The notes beneath the pieces were generated by a model, which was given only the letters and a program-made list of their open reading frames with translations, had not been told where the DNA came from and ran no database searches. From positions 248,001 to 312,000 of the forward strand of contig CAXBME010000002.1 of the NCBI GenBank assembly GCA_963976765.1: a DNA stretch of 64,000 bases. The letters run 5' to 3'. This DNA is from an uncultured Planctomycetaceae bacterium (lineage in GTDB: Bacteria; Planctomycetota; Planctomycetia; Planctomycetales; Planctomycetaceae). The translations under genes and the position numbers were made by a program. This document shows, one piece after another, positions 41,309-52,684 of the stretch (positions are counted from its first letter, which is position 1; each line of letters begins with the position of its first letter).

Positions 41309-42181
<873 letters not shown>

Positions 42182-42270
42182 GGGAAAACTCCTGTCAATT
42201 TAGTCGGCCGCAATGAAAGCTGCCGTGTTTGTTTCTGATGAATTCGGGACATCGTCAGGCAGAGCCCGAC

Positions 42271-42693
42271 CTACAGGGAGATCGTGACAGCTCGCGAGAC
42301 AGTTGCTCGTTGTGCGTCGTTCGGTGGGTAGTTGATAGTGATCGCAACTCGCCGCTCGTTTGTCTTGCCCTCGACCGGTTCGACAGAAATTTTTGCGAGT
42401 GCATCCGAATTCTGACCGAGCGACGAGGCTGTCATCGTCCATTCTTCGCCGGTGTATTCGGCGTTTGATTTCAATTCGGTTGAGGCGCGGGCCACTGCCG
42501 ACTGAAACAGCCATTCAGACTGAATCCGCAGTTCATTGCTTTTCACCATGCTGCGTTGCAGCAGCGTCACTCGAAGCATCGCAGCCCCAGTCAGAGTGAG
42601 CATGGCCAGGCTAACCATGAAGATCACCAGAACTGTGCCCTGGCGGTTGTGATGGTGAATTCTGGCAGTTGGCGAACACTGAATCTTCGTCAT
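42271..42693 (-). CDS. Putative minor pseudopilin (K/X-like)
   Basis: RQG/TVLVIFMVSL class III-like signal without E5; located in the pilus operon. Confidence 0.6.
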   Translation of the reverse strand: MTKIQCSPTARIHHHNRQGTVLVIFMVSLAMLTLTGAAMLRVTLLQRSMVKSNELRIQSEWLFQSAVARASTELKSNAEYTGEEWTMTASSLGQNSDALAKISVEPVEGKTNERRVAITINYPPNDAQRATVSRAVTISL

Positions 42694-43304
42694 GGCTGCT
42701 CCTCCGTCGTTGCGGCTGACGCGAGAAAACGATGGTCGAGACCAGCCGTTGCCACCGCGACCTTCGGAGGCAGTCCCCCGCCATTTGCAGTCAGCATCGG
42801 AGAAATTTCAATCGACGCCACCGAAGCTGCTCCGGCTGCTCCGGCTGCCCCGACGGTGAGTGAAAGCTGAGCGACGCTTTCTGGAAACACAAACTGCTCT
42901 CCGGGCAGGCGGGCGATGGCTGTAGTGTCGGCGGCGTCCGTCAATTCCAGGCTTTGAGTGATTCGCCGGATCTTCTCGCCATCAGCCAGCCAGGTCACCG
43001 GCCCCTCGGCGGTGACAAGGTCAAGCCGATTGCTGTTACCCGTCTGTTTAATCGTGAGGGCCGAGTGAACGTCCTCGCGAAAATCCTGAGTCAGCCTCAG
43101 CCAGGACGACGTCTGAAACGCTCGCTCGACCATGCGGGATTCCTGGCGAAACATCTGGAACAAGGATGTCGACGCAATCGTCATCAGGACGCTCATCACG
43201 GTCATTGTGACGACAACCTGAACCAGCCAGCTGCCTCGTCGCGAATGTCGACGTCGATTCAGGAACAGGCACGAAGAACGTTCAGCGGGGCGGCGACGTT
43301 TCAT
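42690..43304 (-). CDS. Putative minor pseudopilin (J/W-like)
   Basis: RRG/SWLVQVVVTMTVMSVL type IV pilin-like N-terminus. Confidence 0.6.
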   Translation of the reverse strand: MKRRRPAERSSCLFLNRRRHSRRGSWLVQVVVTMTVMSVLMTIASTSLFQMFRQESRMVERAFQTSSWLRLTQDFREDVHSALTIKQTGNSNRLDLVTAEGPVTWLADGEKIRRITQSLELTDAADTTAIARLPGEQFVFPESVAQLSLTVGAAGAAGAASVASIEISPMLTANGGGLPPKVAVATAGLDHRFLASAATTEEQP

Positions 43305-43759
43305 TGAATCCCCCCTTCCGACTCAAGCGGGAACCACGCTGTCAGCCGCTTTGGTTCGACAGACATCCCGGCGTCATTCACCCAGGCAATCGAAAGCGTG
43401 ACCCGTTGAAGTCGATCCTTGTCGGGTTCAAGTGTTGCTGTCAGTTTTGCCTCAGGAATCATCGTTCGAGTCGACTCGGACAGAGTCAGTAATTGCAGTT
43501 TGTCTTTCGTAATCTGCGAAGGGAGCAGGGCCGCCAGCTGTTCCATTTGCGTCGAGAGTTCTTCCATCGCAAACTGATGCCGATCGCTGGTCCGTTTGGA
43601 TTCGCGAATCCAGCGGAACATAGGACCGACGCTGCTCAGAAAGATCCCCAGCAAAACGGCGCCGACGACGACTTCTACCATGAAGGCACCGGAACGATGA
43701 TTCGACAGCCGCGAATTCGCAGGCCGATTCACGTTTCGATTGTTTGATGAATGACGCAC
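43301..43759 (-). CDS. Putative minor pseudopilin (I/V-like)
   Basis: RSG/AFMVEVVVGAVLLG pilin-like N-terminus with E5. Confidence 0.65.
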   Translation of the reverse strand: MRHSSNNRNVNRPANSRLSNHRSGAFMVEVVVGAVLLGIFLSSVGPMFRWIRESKRTSDRHQFAMEELSTQMEQLAALLPSQITKDKLQLLTLSESTRTMIPEAKLTATLEPDKDRLQRVTLSIAWVNDAGMSVEPKRLTAWFPLESEGGIQ

Positions 43760-43774
43760 AACAAGCCTCGTTGA

Positions 43775-45295
43775 TCAGGAAAGGTCGTTCACAAGCTTCA
43801 CGACAGGCATAAACATGGCGATGCAGACCCAGCCAACGAACAGCCCTACCGCAATAATGGGAACCGGTCGAAAGAGTTGCACCAGCGTGTCGACACGAAA
43901 GATGAAACGCTTTTCGCGAACGTCAGCGATTTCTCGAAGAGCCCACGGCAGGTTGCCGACTCGTTGCGCTGCTTCGATCAACGCCAGGTCGCGCCGCGAC
44001 AGGAAGCCTTGTTTCAACAGTGCTTTCCAGCAGTCGCCGCCGGATTCTGTGTCGACGTAAACCTCTGCAATTGATTCGGCGACGGTCGGTCGATGATACG
44101 AATTGGCAATCGCCAGTAGACTGTCGGGGAGTGTTTTTCCCTTCTCGATCATCCGAGCCAGGTGCCGCATGATCGGCGACGAGTCATACCGAGTATAAAA
44201 CTTTCGGAACAATCGTGTGCGAACATTCCGCCAGCCCGAATGATCAAACCGAAGCAACCCCAACACGCCAATAAATGAGACGCCCATCAGCGGAACATAC
44301 AGATAGAAATAGCGAACGACATGGTCGCTGAAAGACAGAAAACCTTCAGTGATCCCCGGCATTTCAGCGCCGAAGCCTTCGAAGATATATTTCATTTTCG
44401 GCACGATGAAGTATGTCATGAAAGCAATTGGCCCGATGATGACCCACGGGTAGCAGGCCAGGTAAATCAGAAGGCTGCCGACGGCCCCTGTCCGGAACCT
44501 TTCTTTCATCCAGTTGAGCTGCGTCGTCGCGCACTCGTTCAGAACCTCGCTGAGTGTGCCTGTCTCGTCACCAATTTTGATCGAGGCGATTACCCAGCAG
44601 GGTAGCAGGCCTGGAACGCGTTCCAGGGCCACGCCAAGTGGTCGGCCGGCTTTCAGGTAAACAGCCAGTTGCCGGAGACGTGCAGCGTAAGAGCCGGACC
44701 ATGTCGCAGCATGGTCGTCGACTTCCTGAGCAAGGTCGTGGTTGTTGCGAACGCTCAGCGCCAGCAGCCAGAGAAACTGCCCCTCGCGCCCTCGGCGTCG
44801 CTGCCAGAGCAACAGCGGAATCAGCCCAAAGAAGAAGGCCGATACGAGAAACAGTCCAAAGCTCATCAACATCGCGAAAGCAGAAACGAGAATGGCAACG
44901 GTCCACCAGAGTGTGATGCCAAAGCTCTCGGACACCGGCCGTGGCACGTTGGGCACGGAATAGTCGTCATCATCGGTCACGGTGCGGAGACTGGTTCGAA
45001 TCCTGAAGAGAGGACGCGTAGCAAGGCTGAGAGCAATTCCAAACACGGTATAAAAAGCGAAGATGACGCGATGGTCACCGTCAGTGGCGACAGTCATCAC
45101 TAGCCCGACCAGCGTGCAGCAGATGGCAATCCCAACATTAATAACGATGAGGGGCGTCACCTTCCGCGCGAGAAAGCGAGTGTTGTGCGGAGTGCGTTGT
45201 TCCGGAATTAGCGTGGCGCGCCACCAGCAGAACCCGGATACCAGAACTGGTACCAGAATAATTGCGGCGAGAAAAAGAAGTTCTTCGAATTGCAC
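43775..45295 (-). CDS. GspF/PilC-family platform protein with extra N-terminal TM helices
   Basis: IGDETGTL, YFIVPKMKYIFEGFGAEMP and AMFMPVVKLVNDLS. Confidence 0.85.
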   Translation of the reverse strand: MQFEELLFLAAIILVPVLVSGFCWWRATLIPEQRTPHNTRFLARKVTPLIVINVGIAICCTLVGLVMTVATDGDHRVIFAFYTVFGIALSLATRPLFRIRTSLRTVTDDDDYSVPNVPRPVSESFGITLWWTVAILVSAFAMLMSFGLFLVSAFFFGLIPLLLWQRRRGREGQFLWLLALSVRNNHDLAQEVDDHAATWSGSYAARLRQLAVYLKAGRPLGVALERVPGLLPCWVIASIKIGDETGTLSEVLNECATTQLNWMKERFRTGAVGSLLIYLACYPWVIIGPIAFMTYFIVPKMKYIFEGFGAEMPGITEGFLSFSDHVVRYFYLYVPLMGVSFIGVLGLLRFDHSGWRNVRTRLFRKFYTRYDSSPIMRHLARMIEKGKTLPDSLLAIANSYHRPTVAESIAEVYVDTESGGDCWKALLKQGFLSRRDLALIEAAQRVGNLPWALREIADVREKRFIFRVDTLVQLFRPVPIIAVGLFVGWVCIAMFMPVVKLVNDLS

Positions 45296-45442
45296 GGGAT
45301 TGACCTGGTCCAGGGCTATGACGGGCTGCCAGATTGCAGCTCAGTTTTCCGTAAGGATTAACGATAATTCACGCAGTGACGCAGGCTGGTTCCTGAGCCA
45401 GCAATTCCTCAAAGCCAGGTCTCGACCCAGCCTGCTTTTTCT

Positions 45443-46669
45443 TCAACTCAAATCGTTCAGCAGTTTGATCAGCGGCATAAACAGCGCAAGCACCGTAATG
45501 CCGATCATTCCTCCGGCAATGATGACAGTGGCAGGTGTGACCATACCGGCAATGCTTCGGCCCGTGATCTCACTCTGAAGAACAAACACCTCGCTGGAGA
45601 CTCGCAGCGACTCGACAAGACTCGAATCGTCGTTTCCCCAGCCAGGAACTCTCAGTAACTCGTCAGGAATTCCTCGAACAACGCCTCTCAGATCGGTGAA
45701 TGAATCTCCGGCTTCGATCAGCTTTGCGGCGAGCCGGGCTCCTTCGGAAAGGTTGGGATCGCGAACGGCGCCGCCAACCAGCTTGAGCGCCGCGGGCAGC
45801 GGCATTCGTGCCTCGATCATCAGTGCCAGTAGCTGAGAGAACTCAGCCAGCGCCGACTGCTTGAAAACTCGACCGATCAGCGGAATCTGGTACACGAGTC
45901 TGCGAACACCGGCGGCCCCGAAAATCAATTTCGACAGGAACCACAACGCGAGAGCCGAACTCCAGAAAATGAGCAGGGTCATTGGCCAGTAAAGAATCAT
46001 GGTCTCGACGACAGAACTCAGGGCAAGGATCATCTCGGTAATCTTTGGAAGCTCTGTTCCGAAGCCTTCAAAGACTTCACGAAAATCCGGGATCACCAGA
46101 TGGCACAGAAATGTGCAGACAGCCAGGCCGGCAACGAGAAGAATCACGGGGTAAATCATGCTGATCAGTAGTTTGATCCGAATGCCCGCTCGCAGACGGC
46201 TGAACTCGATGAAATGCTGAATGCACTCGGGCAGGCGTCCGCTTTTTGTGCCCGCCTCAAAAACTGCCGACAGCCATTCCGGAAGATCGCTGGATTCTGA
46301 CTGAAGCACATGTTCCAGAGTCTGGCCTCGATCGAGTCCTGCACTCAGTCGATCGAAAACTTTCCGCAACCGCCTGGACGGAACTTCTTCACTGAGCGTT
46401 CTCAATCCGGCCGCCAGAGGAAGTCCTGCGGAAACAAGATGCCCGATCTGGCCGACGACTTCGACATGCTCGTCCGTCGTCATCCAGACAGAATCGCCTG
46501 ACCGTTGCGATTGAGCATTGCCTTCAGTCGACACAGTCAGCTCAACCGATTCCGCAACAATGCCCTGTTCGGCAAGCAGATTTCGAGCGGCCTCTTCGCT
46601 GCCAGCTTCGATGTAGCCCAGCCGAAGTTCGCCGTTCTCGTCAGAACTTGTGTACTGATATTGAGGCAT
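45443..46669 (-). CDS. GspF/PilC-family platform protein
   Basis: MPQYQY..GYIEA, AGLPL, SMIYP, VIPDFREVFEGFGTELP and ALFMPLIKL. Confidence 0.9.
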   Translation of the reverse strand: MPQYQYTSSDENGELRLGYIEAGSEEAARNLLAEQGIVAESVELTVSTEGNAQSQRSGDSVWMTTDEHVEVVGQIGHLVSAGLPLAAGLRTLSEEVPSRRLRKVFDRLSAGLDRGQTLEHVLQSESSDLPEWLSAVFEAGTKSGRLPECIQHFIEFSRLRAGIRIKLLISMIYPVILLVAGLAVCTFLCHLVIPDFREVFEGFGTELPKITEMILALSSVVETMILYWPMTLLIFWSSALALWFLSKLIFGAAGVRRLVYQIPLIGRVFKQSALAEFSQLLALMIEARMPLPAALKLVGGAVRDPNLSEGARLAAKLIEAGDSFTDLRGVVRGIPDELLRVPGWGNDDSSLVESLRVSSEVFVLQSEITGRSIAGMVTPATVIIAGGMIGITVLALFMPLIKLLNDLS

Positions 46670-46744
46670 GCTGCTTTGTCAGAATCAGGCAGAGGAATTG
46701 ATGTTCGAACGCTGGTCGTAACTCAACGAAAACCAAACTGGAAT

Positions 46745-47875
46745 CTATCTGAGAACCGGATCGCCGAGCCTGTCGTACAGTTCTCGGATCGGTGCGAAAA
46801 GGATCACTCCATAAAGCAGAGTCACGCTGCCGGCAACAAACACCGTCAACACAACCGGCAGCACGACTCGCAGCAACTCCGCGCGTCGTGAAGCTCGCTT
46901 TTCGTAGACGTCGGCGGCCAGTTTTAATGTTTCACTCAGCTTGCCGTTCTCTTCGCCCGAGCGAAGCATCCAGCAGAGGAACCGAGGCAACCGCTTTGCG
47001 GCTTCCAGAGAATCCTTTAGTGAATCGCCTTGCTGGAGCCGCTGGCCAACTTCGGATGAGTCCTGGATGATTCTCCGATTGCCGGTTGAGTAGCCGGCCA
47101 GAACCATTGCCTCATGCAACGGAGTTTCATGTTCAACCAGCAACGCCATGATCTTGAGAAAGGTTGCGTTGTCGTAGTTATTGACGACACCCGGAACCCA
47201 GGCAAAACGATGCAGCCGACTTTCGACCAGACGTCCGGCTGGCGTTTCACTGTTTCGACTGCCGGCCACTCGCAGCCAGACGAACGCCACAATGGCCAGC
47301 ACGGGGGCACCGATTCCCCAGTACGGCATTGTCTCACGAATCGTCGCGAGCATTCGTATCGCTGGCCCTGATTCCAGCCGAAGAAATTCCCAGGTGTGAA
47401 GCAGTTGCGGAACGATGAAATCCGCAAAACCGAGCAGCATCAACCAGACAAGAGTCAGCACGATCGCCGGGTAGATCAGCGAGGCGATGATCTGACGATG
47501 CAGTTTCAGCAGAACGCGAGCAACGACCGACAAAGACTCCAGCGCTTCCGGCAACCGACCTGCCCGGATCCCCGCTTCGACGATAGCTCGGTAAATCCCC
47601 GGCAGGTGGTCGCCTTCCTGATCAATCGCGGCCTGCAACGTGTCGCCCGATGAAATGCGATCGGCAAGACGATTCGATAGTTTTCCCAGCGCCGCGGAAA
47701 TTGCGTGTCGCTCTTTGCGTTCGCCAGGAATACCGGGTTGACTGAGCGTTCCGTACTGCCGCAGGCCAAGGTCCAGCGGCACGCCAGCTCGAATCAACGC
47801 ACCGATCTCTTCGTTGAGAGCGAGCAACTCTTCGAGTCGGATAGAGGCTGAAGTTCTGGCTGGCTGATCGGACAT
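46745..47875 (-). CDS. GspF/PilC-family platform protein
   Basis: AGVPL, AGIRAGRL, SLIYP and SGEENGKL. Confidence 0.88.
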   Translation of the reverse strand: MSDQPARTSASIRLEELLALNEEIGALIRAGVPLDLGLRQYGTLSQPGIPGERKERHAISAALGKLSNRLADRISSGDTLQAAIDQEGDHLPGIYRAIVEAGIRAGRLPEALESLSVVARVLLKLHRQIIASLIYPAIVLTLVWLMLLGFADFIVPQLLHTWEFLRLESGPAIRMLATIRETMPYWGIGAPVLAIVAFVWLRVAGSRNSETPAGRLVESRLHRFAWVPGVVNNYDNATFLKIMALLVEHETPLHEAMVLAGYSTGNRRIIQDSSEVGQRLQQGDSLKDSLEAAKRLPRFLCWMLRSGEENGKLSETLKLAADVYEKRASRRAELLRVVLPVVLTVFVAGSVTLLYGVILFAPIRELYDRLGDPVLR

Positions 47876-48033
47876 TGCGAGGTCTGCTGATGCCTTGTCA
47901 AACGGAAAATTGCAGCGAGGTCAATATATGGATGCAGTTAAAAAGTCGGCAAGAACATGAAGTGTGCCACGTTGAATTTGTTTATTGATCGATTCTCAAC
48001 AGACAGTTCATGCGACACTCGAATCGTCGTTAC

Positions 48034-49242
48034 CTAACGCGAAAACCCGAACACACGTCGCACTTCGGCTGGACTGGTCTCACCACTTTTGACGGCTTCA
48101 ACAGCCCGCTCCCACCGCGTCGTCATGCCTGCCGAAACAGCCAACGCTTCCAGTTCATCCGAGTCGCTTTGTGAGAGGATTGCTCGACCGACTTCCGATG
48201 ATTCCGTTCGCAGAAACTCTGCCAGTAACAACCGACCGTGATAGCCGGTCCCGCGACACTTTTCACAACCCACCGGAACATGACAACTGGCCAGGTCGAG
48301 CCCCAGCAGGCTATCACTGTCTGAAGATTCGTTTGAGCATTCACAAAGCTTTCGAACCAGCCGTTGAGCAACAATTCCCAGCAGGCCCGTCCGCAAAAGG
48401 TAAGGTTCGATTCCCATGTCAGACAGACGACAGATGGCTCCCGTCGCGCTGCCCGCATGAAACGTCGTCAGGACCAGATGTCCCGTCAACGCTGCCTGAA
48501 AGACCGTTTCCGCCGCCACTCGATCTCGAATCTCGCCGACCAGGATGACTTCCGGATCCTGCCTCATCAGCGACTTCAACCCCGTTTCGTAGTTGAAACC
48601 TGCCGTTGGATTAATTTGCGACTGAGCCACTCCGGGAATCACCGCTTCGATCGGGTCTTCCAGACTGACTAGACTCCGCTGCGATCCGAATTTGTCTGCC
48701 AATTCTCGAAGACAGGCATAAATAGTTGTCGTCTTGCCGCTGCCGGCCGGTCCGCAATCGAGAATCACGCCACCGGATTCCAGCAGAAGATCGCTCAATC
48801 CGGTCTGAACATCTGCCGGCAAACCAAGTGTCGCCAACCTTTGATACTGCCCCGAACCGGCGAACAGCCGAACGACAGCCTTCTCTCCAAACATCGTCGG
48901 AAACGTGCTGACGCGCATTTCGACATCGTCGGCTGCGGAGTTTTGAATACGACCTTCCTGCGGAGTCTCGCTGCGGTAAGTCAGCAATCCGGCCAGCACT
49001 TTAAGTCGTGAGACCACATTGGTGGCAACATTCGCTCGCAGGTTTTCGATCGGATGCAGGACGCCGTCGATTCTCCACAACACGTCCAGACCCGACTCGA
49101 CTGGAATCAGGTGAACATCGCTCGCCCCGGATTCGCGAGCGGCTTCCAGAACGCTGTCGACAATCTCGACCGCCGTTGCCGCCTTGCCCGCCGTTTTACC
49201 GGCCAGCACTGCGTAGTAACGATCGCTCAACGATACCGGCAT
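48034..49242 (-). CDS. GspE/PilB-family assembly ATPase (short form)
   Basis: ASDVH, PQEGR, GPAGSGKTT, LEDPIE, RQDPEVILVGEIRD, TGHLVLTTFH and tetracysteine motif. Confidence 0.93.
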   Translation of the reverse strand: MPVSLSDRYYAVLAGKTAGKAATAVEIVDSVLEAARESGASDVHLIPVESGLDVLWRIDGVLHPIENLRANVATNVVSRLKVLAGLLTYRSETPQEGRIQNSAADDVEMRVSTFPTMFGEKAVVRLFAGSGQYQRLATLGLPADVQTGLSDLLLESGGVILDCGPAGSGKTTTIYACLRELADKFGSQRSLVSLEDPIEAVIPGVAQSQINPTAGFNYETGLKSLMRQDPEVILVGEIRDRVAAETVFQAALTGHLVLTTFHAGSATGAICRLSDMGIEPYLLRTGLLGIVAQRLVRKLCECSNESSDSDSLLGLDLASCHVPVGCEKCRGTGYHGRLLLAEFLRTESSEVGRAILSQSDSDELEALAVSAGMTTRWERAVEAVKSGETSPAEVRRVFGFSR

Positions 49243-49482
49243 GTGATCTTTCGGTCGGGATTCTACAGATCGAGACTTTGCGGGATGGCAGTAGGATCAC
49301 TCGATGCACTCAATTTGTCTAACAACCTTCGGCTCGACCCTAAATTCGCCATTCAAATCACAAATTCATCAGCTCGACAGGACCGAATTCCTTCGCTGCG
49401 TTTTCTGTGACCAACCAGCTCACCTAGAATCGGCAGTTCATTCTCGAACTTTCTGTGAACTGTCGAATTGGCGCACTGCCCC

Positions 49483-49740
49483 ATGAAATCAATCGTCTGG
49501 CCGCTGCTGGCCCTGCTCGTGATCCTGCATCACGACTTCTGGTTCTGGAACGATCCAACGCTCGTCGTCGGGTGGATTCCGATCGGACTTCTGTACCACG
49601 TCGGCCTGTCGCTTGTGGCAGCTGGCTTCTGGCTGGTGGCCATTAAGTATGCCTGGCCAGGCTATCTCGACGATGACCAGGCTGCTCTTTCAATTAATGG
49701 CTCGTCTGCGGGTGACTCTGCGGAGGTACAACAGCCATGA
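49483..49740 (+). CDS. Small membrane partner of a sodium:solute symporter (DUF3311-like)
   Basis: Two TM segments, LHHDFWFW..PIGLLYH; ATGA overlap with the symporter. Confidence 0.75.
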   Translation: MKSIVWPLLALLVILHHDFWFWNDPTLVVGWIPIGLLYHVGLSLVAAGFWLVAIKYAWPGYLDDDQAALSINGSSAGDSAEVQQP

Positions 49741-51251
49741 CCTCACTTGTCATTATCGGAATTTATCTGAGCATCCTGCTTCTGCTTGGCCTTTGCGCGG
49801 GACGTCTCTTCAAAGGCACAAGTCTCGATTACATGCTGGCCAGTCATTCGATCGGCCCGTTCCTGCTGCTGATGTCTCTGTTCGGAACGACGATGACCGG
49901 CTTTTCAATGGTCGGTTCGTCGTCCGCGTCGTACCGGGTCGGCATCGGCATATACGGACTGATGGCTTCTTCCAGCGCAATCCTGCATCCGCTCTGTTTT
50001 TTTCTGATCGGACTGAGACTCTGGTCGCTGGGACATCGGCACGGATACTCGACGCAGATCGAATTCTTCCAGGACCGACTGCAAAGTCCACGAATAGGCT
50101 GGGCCTTGTTTCCGGTTGTGGTCGGACTGGTTATTCCGTACGTGCTGGTCGGAATTATTTCGGCGGGAGCCGTCTTCAACGGAGCCAGTCTCGGCCTGTT
50201 TGAAACGGCGTTTGCCGACTACGGCCACGGCATCCCGCCCTGGCTCGGCTCGCTGGTTGTGTGCCTGGTCGTGCTGACCTATGTCTTCTTTGGAGGCATG
50301 CGAGGGACCGCCTGGGCCAATGCGTTTCAAACGTGCGTTTTCATGGCTCTGGGAGTCATCTCGTTCTTTGTTCTGGTCAAAGGAATCGGTGGTCAGGAAG
50401 GTTTCCTCGAAAGTCTCAAGTCTGCCAGTTCGGCGGTTGACCCGGCAAAGCTGTCCCGCGAGAAAATGCCGCACCGCGAATACTTCGCGTTTCTGTTGAT
50501 TCCGTTTTCGATCGGCATGTTCCCCCACATCTTTCAGCACTGGCTAACCGCCAGGAACGCGGCTGCTTTCAAACTGCCGATCGTCGCTCACCCGGTATTT
50601 GTGACGATCGTCTGGGCTCCGTGTGTGCTGATCGGAACCTGGGCATCGGCTGACGGAGTGTTACCCGCAGGCGTGAATCCAAACGCGTTGCTCAGCTATC
50701 TGGTAAGTGCACACTCCGGAGAAGTTCTGGCTGGACTGCTGACTGCCGGAATTCTGGCAGCGATCATGTCGTCACTCGACAGCCAGTTTCTCTGTCTGGG
50801 CACGATGTTCACAAAAGACATCCTCAAGCGCAAAACGGGCACCGATGAAGAAGACCGACGCACCGTCCTGCTGGCTCGAACGTTCGTCGTCGCCGTCGTG
50901 GCCGTCTGCTACCTGCTGAGCCTTGTCGTGCCCGGCGGAGTCTTCAACCTGGGCGTCTGGTGCTTTACCGGTTTCTCGGCATTGTTCCCGCTGGTTGCCG
51001 CCGCCTTGTACTGGCGAGGCCTGACCGCTTCCGGCGTCTACGCAGGCATCCTCGTCACGGCAGCGTTGTGGTGTTACGAGTTCTGGCAGTCGGGATACGG
51101 AGTCGACAAACATTACGAATTTCTGGGCATCCACCCCGTCGTCTCGATTGTCGCCGGTTCAACCATCGCCATGATCGCCGTCTCGCTGGTCACAAAACGT
51201 CCGGACGAAACGACGCTCGCCAGATTCTTCCCCGAACACCGCTCAAATTGA
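49737..51251 (+). CDS. Sodium:solute symporter (SSS family)
   Basis: GGMRGTAW and AAIMSSLDSQ; about 13 TM segments. Confidence 0.92.
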   Translation: MTSLVIIGIYLSILLLLGLCAGRLFKGTSLDYMLASHSIGPFLLLMSLFGTTMTGFSMVGSSSASYRVGIGIYGLMASSSAILHPLCFFLIGLRLWSLGHRHGYSTQIEFFQDRLQSPRIGWALFPVVVGLVIPYVLVGIISAGAVFNGASLGLFETAFADYGHGIPPWLGSLVVCLVVLTYVFFGGMRGTAWANAFQTCVFMALGVISFFVLVKGIGGQEGFLESLKSASSAVDPAKLSREKMPHREYFAFLLIPFSIGMFPHIFQHWLTARNAAAFKLPIVAHPVFVTIVWAPCVLIGTWASADGVLPAGVNPNALLSYLVSAHSGEVLAGLLTAGILAAIMSSLDSQFLCLGTMFTKDILKRKTGTDEEDRRTVLLARTFVVAVVAVCYLLSLVVPGGVFNLGVWCFTGFSALFPLVAAALYWRGLTASGVYAGILVTAALWCYEFWQSGYGVDKHYEFLGIHPVVSIVAGSTIAMIAVSLVTKRPDETTLARFFPEHRSN

Positions 51252-51354
51252 ACTCAGCAATCGACCGATTGCCACTCTTAAGAGGCAAAGGATGCGAACC
51301 ACGAAAGTCACTGAGCACCATCTCTTCCAAAAATACTCCCGGAGACTTTTCCTC

Positions 51355-52509
51355 ATGCATTTCCAAAGACGAATTGCCGCGACGAGTTTCGCGTTAATCG
51401 TATCCTTAACAACTCTGATCCAGGCAGCCGACAAGCCGTGGAAGAAGCACGTTGTCCACCAAGGCGAACGATGCAACACCGCCGTCGCTGCTGATTTCAC
51501 CGGAGACGGCAAGCCGGACATCATCGCCAACAGCGGCGGTAAGACACGGCTGTTTATCGCTCCGAACTGGACTGAACATATCATCGACGAAACTAAAGGC
51601 CACAACTTCATCCACAGCGAACACTTCGACGTTGATGGCGATGGTGACGAAGATTTTATCGGTGCGCGTTATCAGCCTGGACTGGTCGCCTGGCTGGAAC
51701 GTCCGGACGACCCAACTGCTGGAACATGGAAAGTCCGCATCGCCGATCAGGAGATCAACGGAATTCACGGACTGCTCAAAGGCGACGTGGACGGTGACGG
51801 CAAGGTCGACCTGCTTGCCAACAGCGCTCAGCCTGTCGGAGCGTTCCCCAACTCGGGAGCGTGGTTGAAAGTTCCAAAGAACCCGCGTGCAGCAGAATCA
51901 TGGCAGCGCAACATCTTTGCCCGAAACGACGCGCCAGGACTGAGCCATTATCTCGGCTTTGGAGACGTCAACGGTGACGGTCGCGCGGACATCGCCATGG
52001 GAGCCAAAGGCGGCGAACAGGATAAGTCCGGTCTGGGCGAATGGTTCTACTGGTGGGAAGCCTCCAGCGATCCCACGAAACCGTTCACTCGACATGAGCT
52101 GCCCGGCAAGCATCCCGGCGCCACCAACATTCAACAGGCCGACGTCAACGGCGATGGCAAAGTGGACTTCATTGCGACTCGCGGCCACGGTCGGGGAGTC
52201 ATCTGGTTCGAAGCTCCGACCTGGAAGATTCACGACATCAACCCGGACCTCGAATTTCCACACTGCCTCCAGGTCGTTGACATGGACGACGACGGCGACA
52301 TTGACGCCGCCACCTGCGCCTACGGAAGTCAGATTGCCGCCTGGTTCGAGAATGATGGCAAAGGGAATTTCAAAACGCACATCGTCGCGACGGAGCAAGC
52401 CGCCTACGACATCCGGGCGGTCGACATCGATTTGGACAAAGACCTTGATCTACTGATCGCTGGCCAGCAAAGCCAGAACGTCGTCTGGTACGAAAACCCT
52501 CGCAAGTAG
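51355..52509 (+). CDS. Secreted VCBS/FG-GAP repeat protein
   Basis: Signal peptide and repeated DxDGDG motifs ending in W(F/Y)E. Confidence 0.88.
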   Translation: MHFQRRIAATSFALIVSLTTLIQAADKPWKKHVVHQGERCNTAVAADFTGDGKPDIIANSGGKTRLFIAPNWTEHIIDETKGHNFIHSEHFDVDGDGDEDFIGARYQPGLVAWLERPDDPTAGTWKVRIADQEINGIHGLLKGDVDGDGKVDLLANSAQPVGAFPNSGAWLKVPKNPRAAESWQRNIFARNDAPGLSHYLGFGDVNGDGRADIAMGAKGGEQDKSGLGEWFYWWEASSDPTKPFTRHELPGKHPGATNIQQADVNGDGKVDFIATRGHGRGVIWFEAPTWKIHDINPDLEFPHCLQVVDMDDDGDIDAATCAYGSQIAAWFENDGKGNFKTHIVATEQAAYDIRAVDIDLDKDLDLLIAGQQSQNVVWYENPRK

Positions 52510-52684
52510 CGAACCCGGTCGCTGTTCGCCGAGTCTCGACTGGTCAAACTAGTTTTTGAACGCAGACCCCGCAGAGGGAAATACGCAAAGGCCAAAGAGC
52601 GTGCTCTCCTTCATCTCTGTGAGTCCTCGGCGATCTCTGCGTTCCCTTTCCGTGCCTCAGTTTCAACGCGCCGCAAAGGTCACG

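Noticed and set aside
42509..42520. 12-nt match (AGCCATTCAGAC) to spacer 86 as self-targeting
   Set aside because: Too short and outside the seed. I saw no convincing self-targeting main-array spacer by eye, but the search was not exhaustive.
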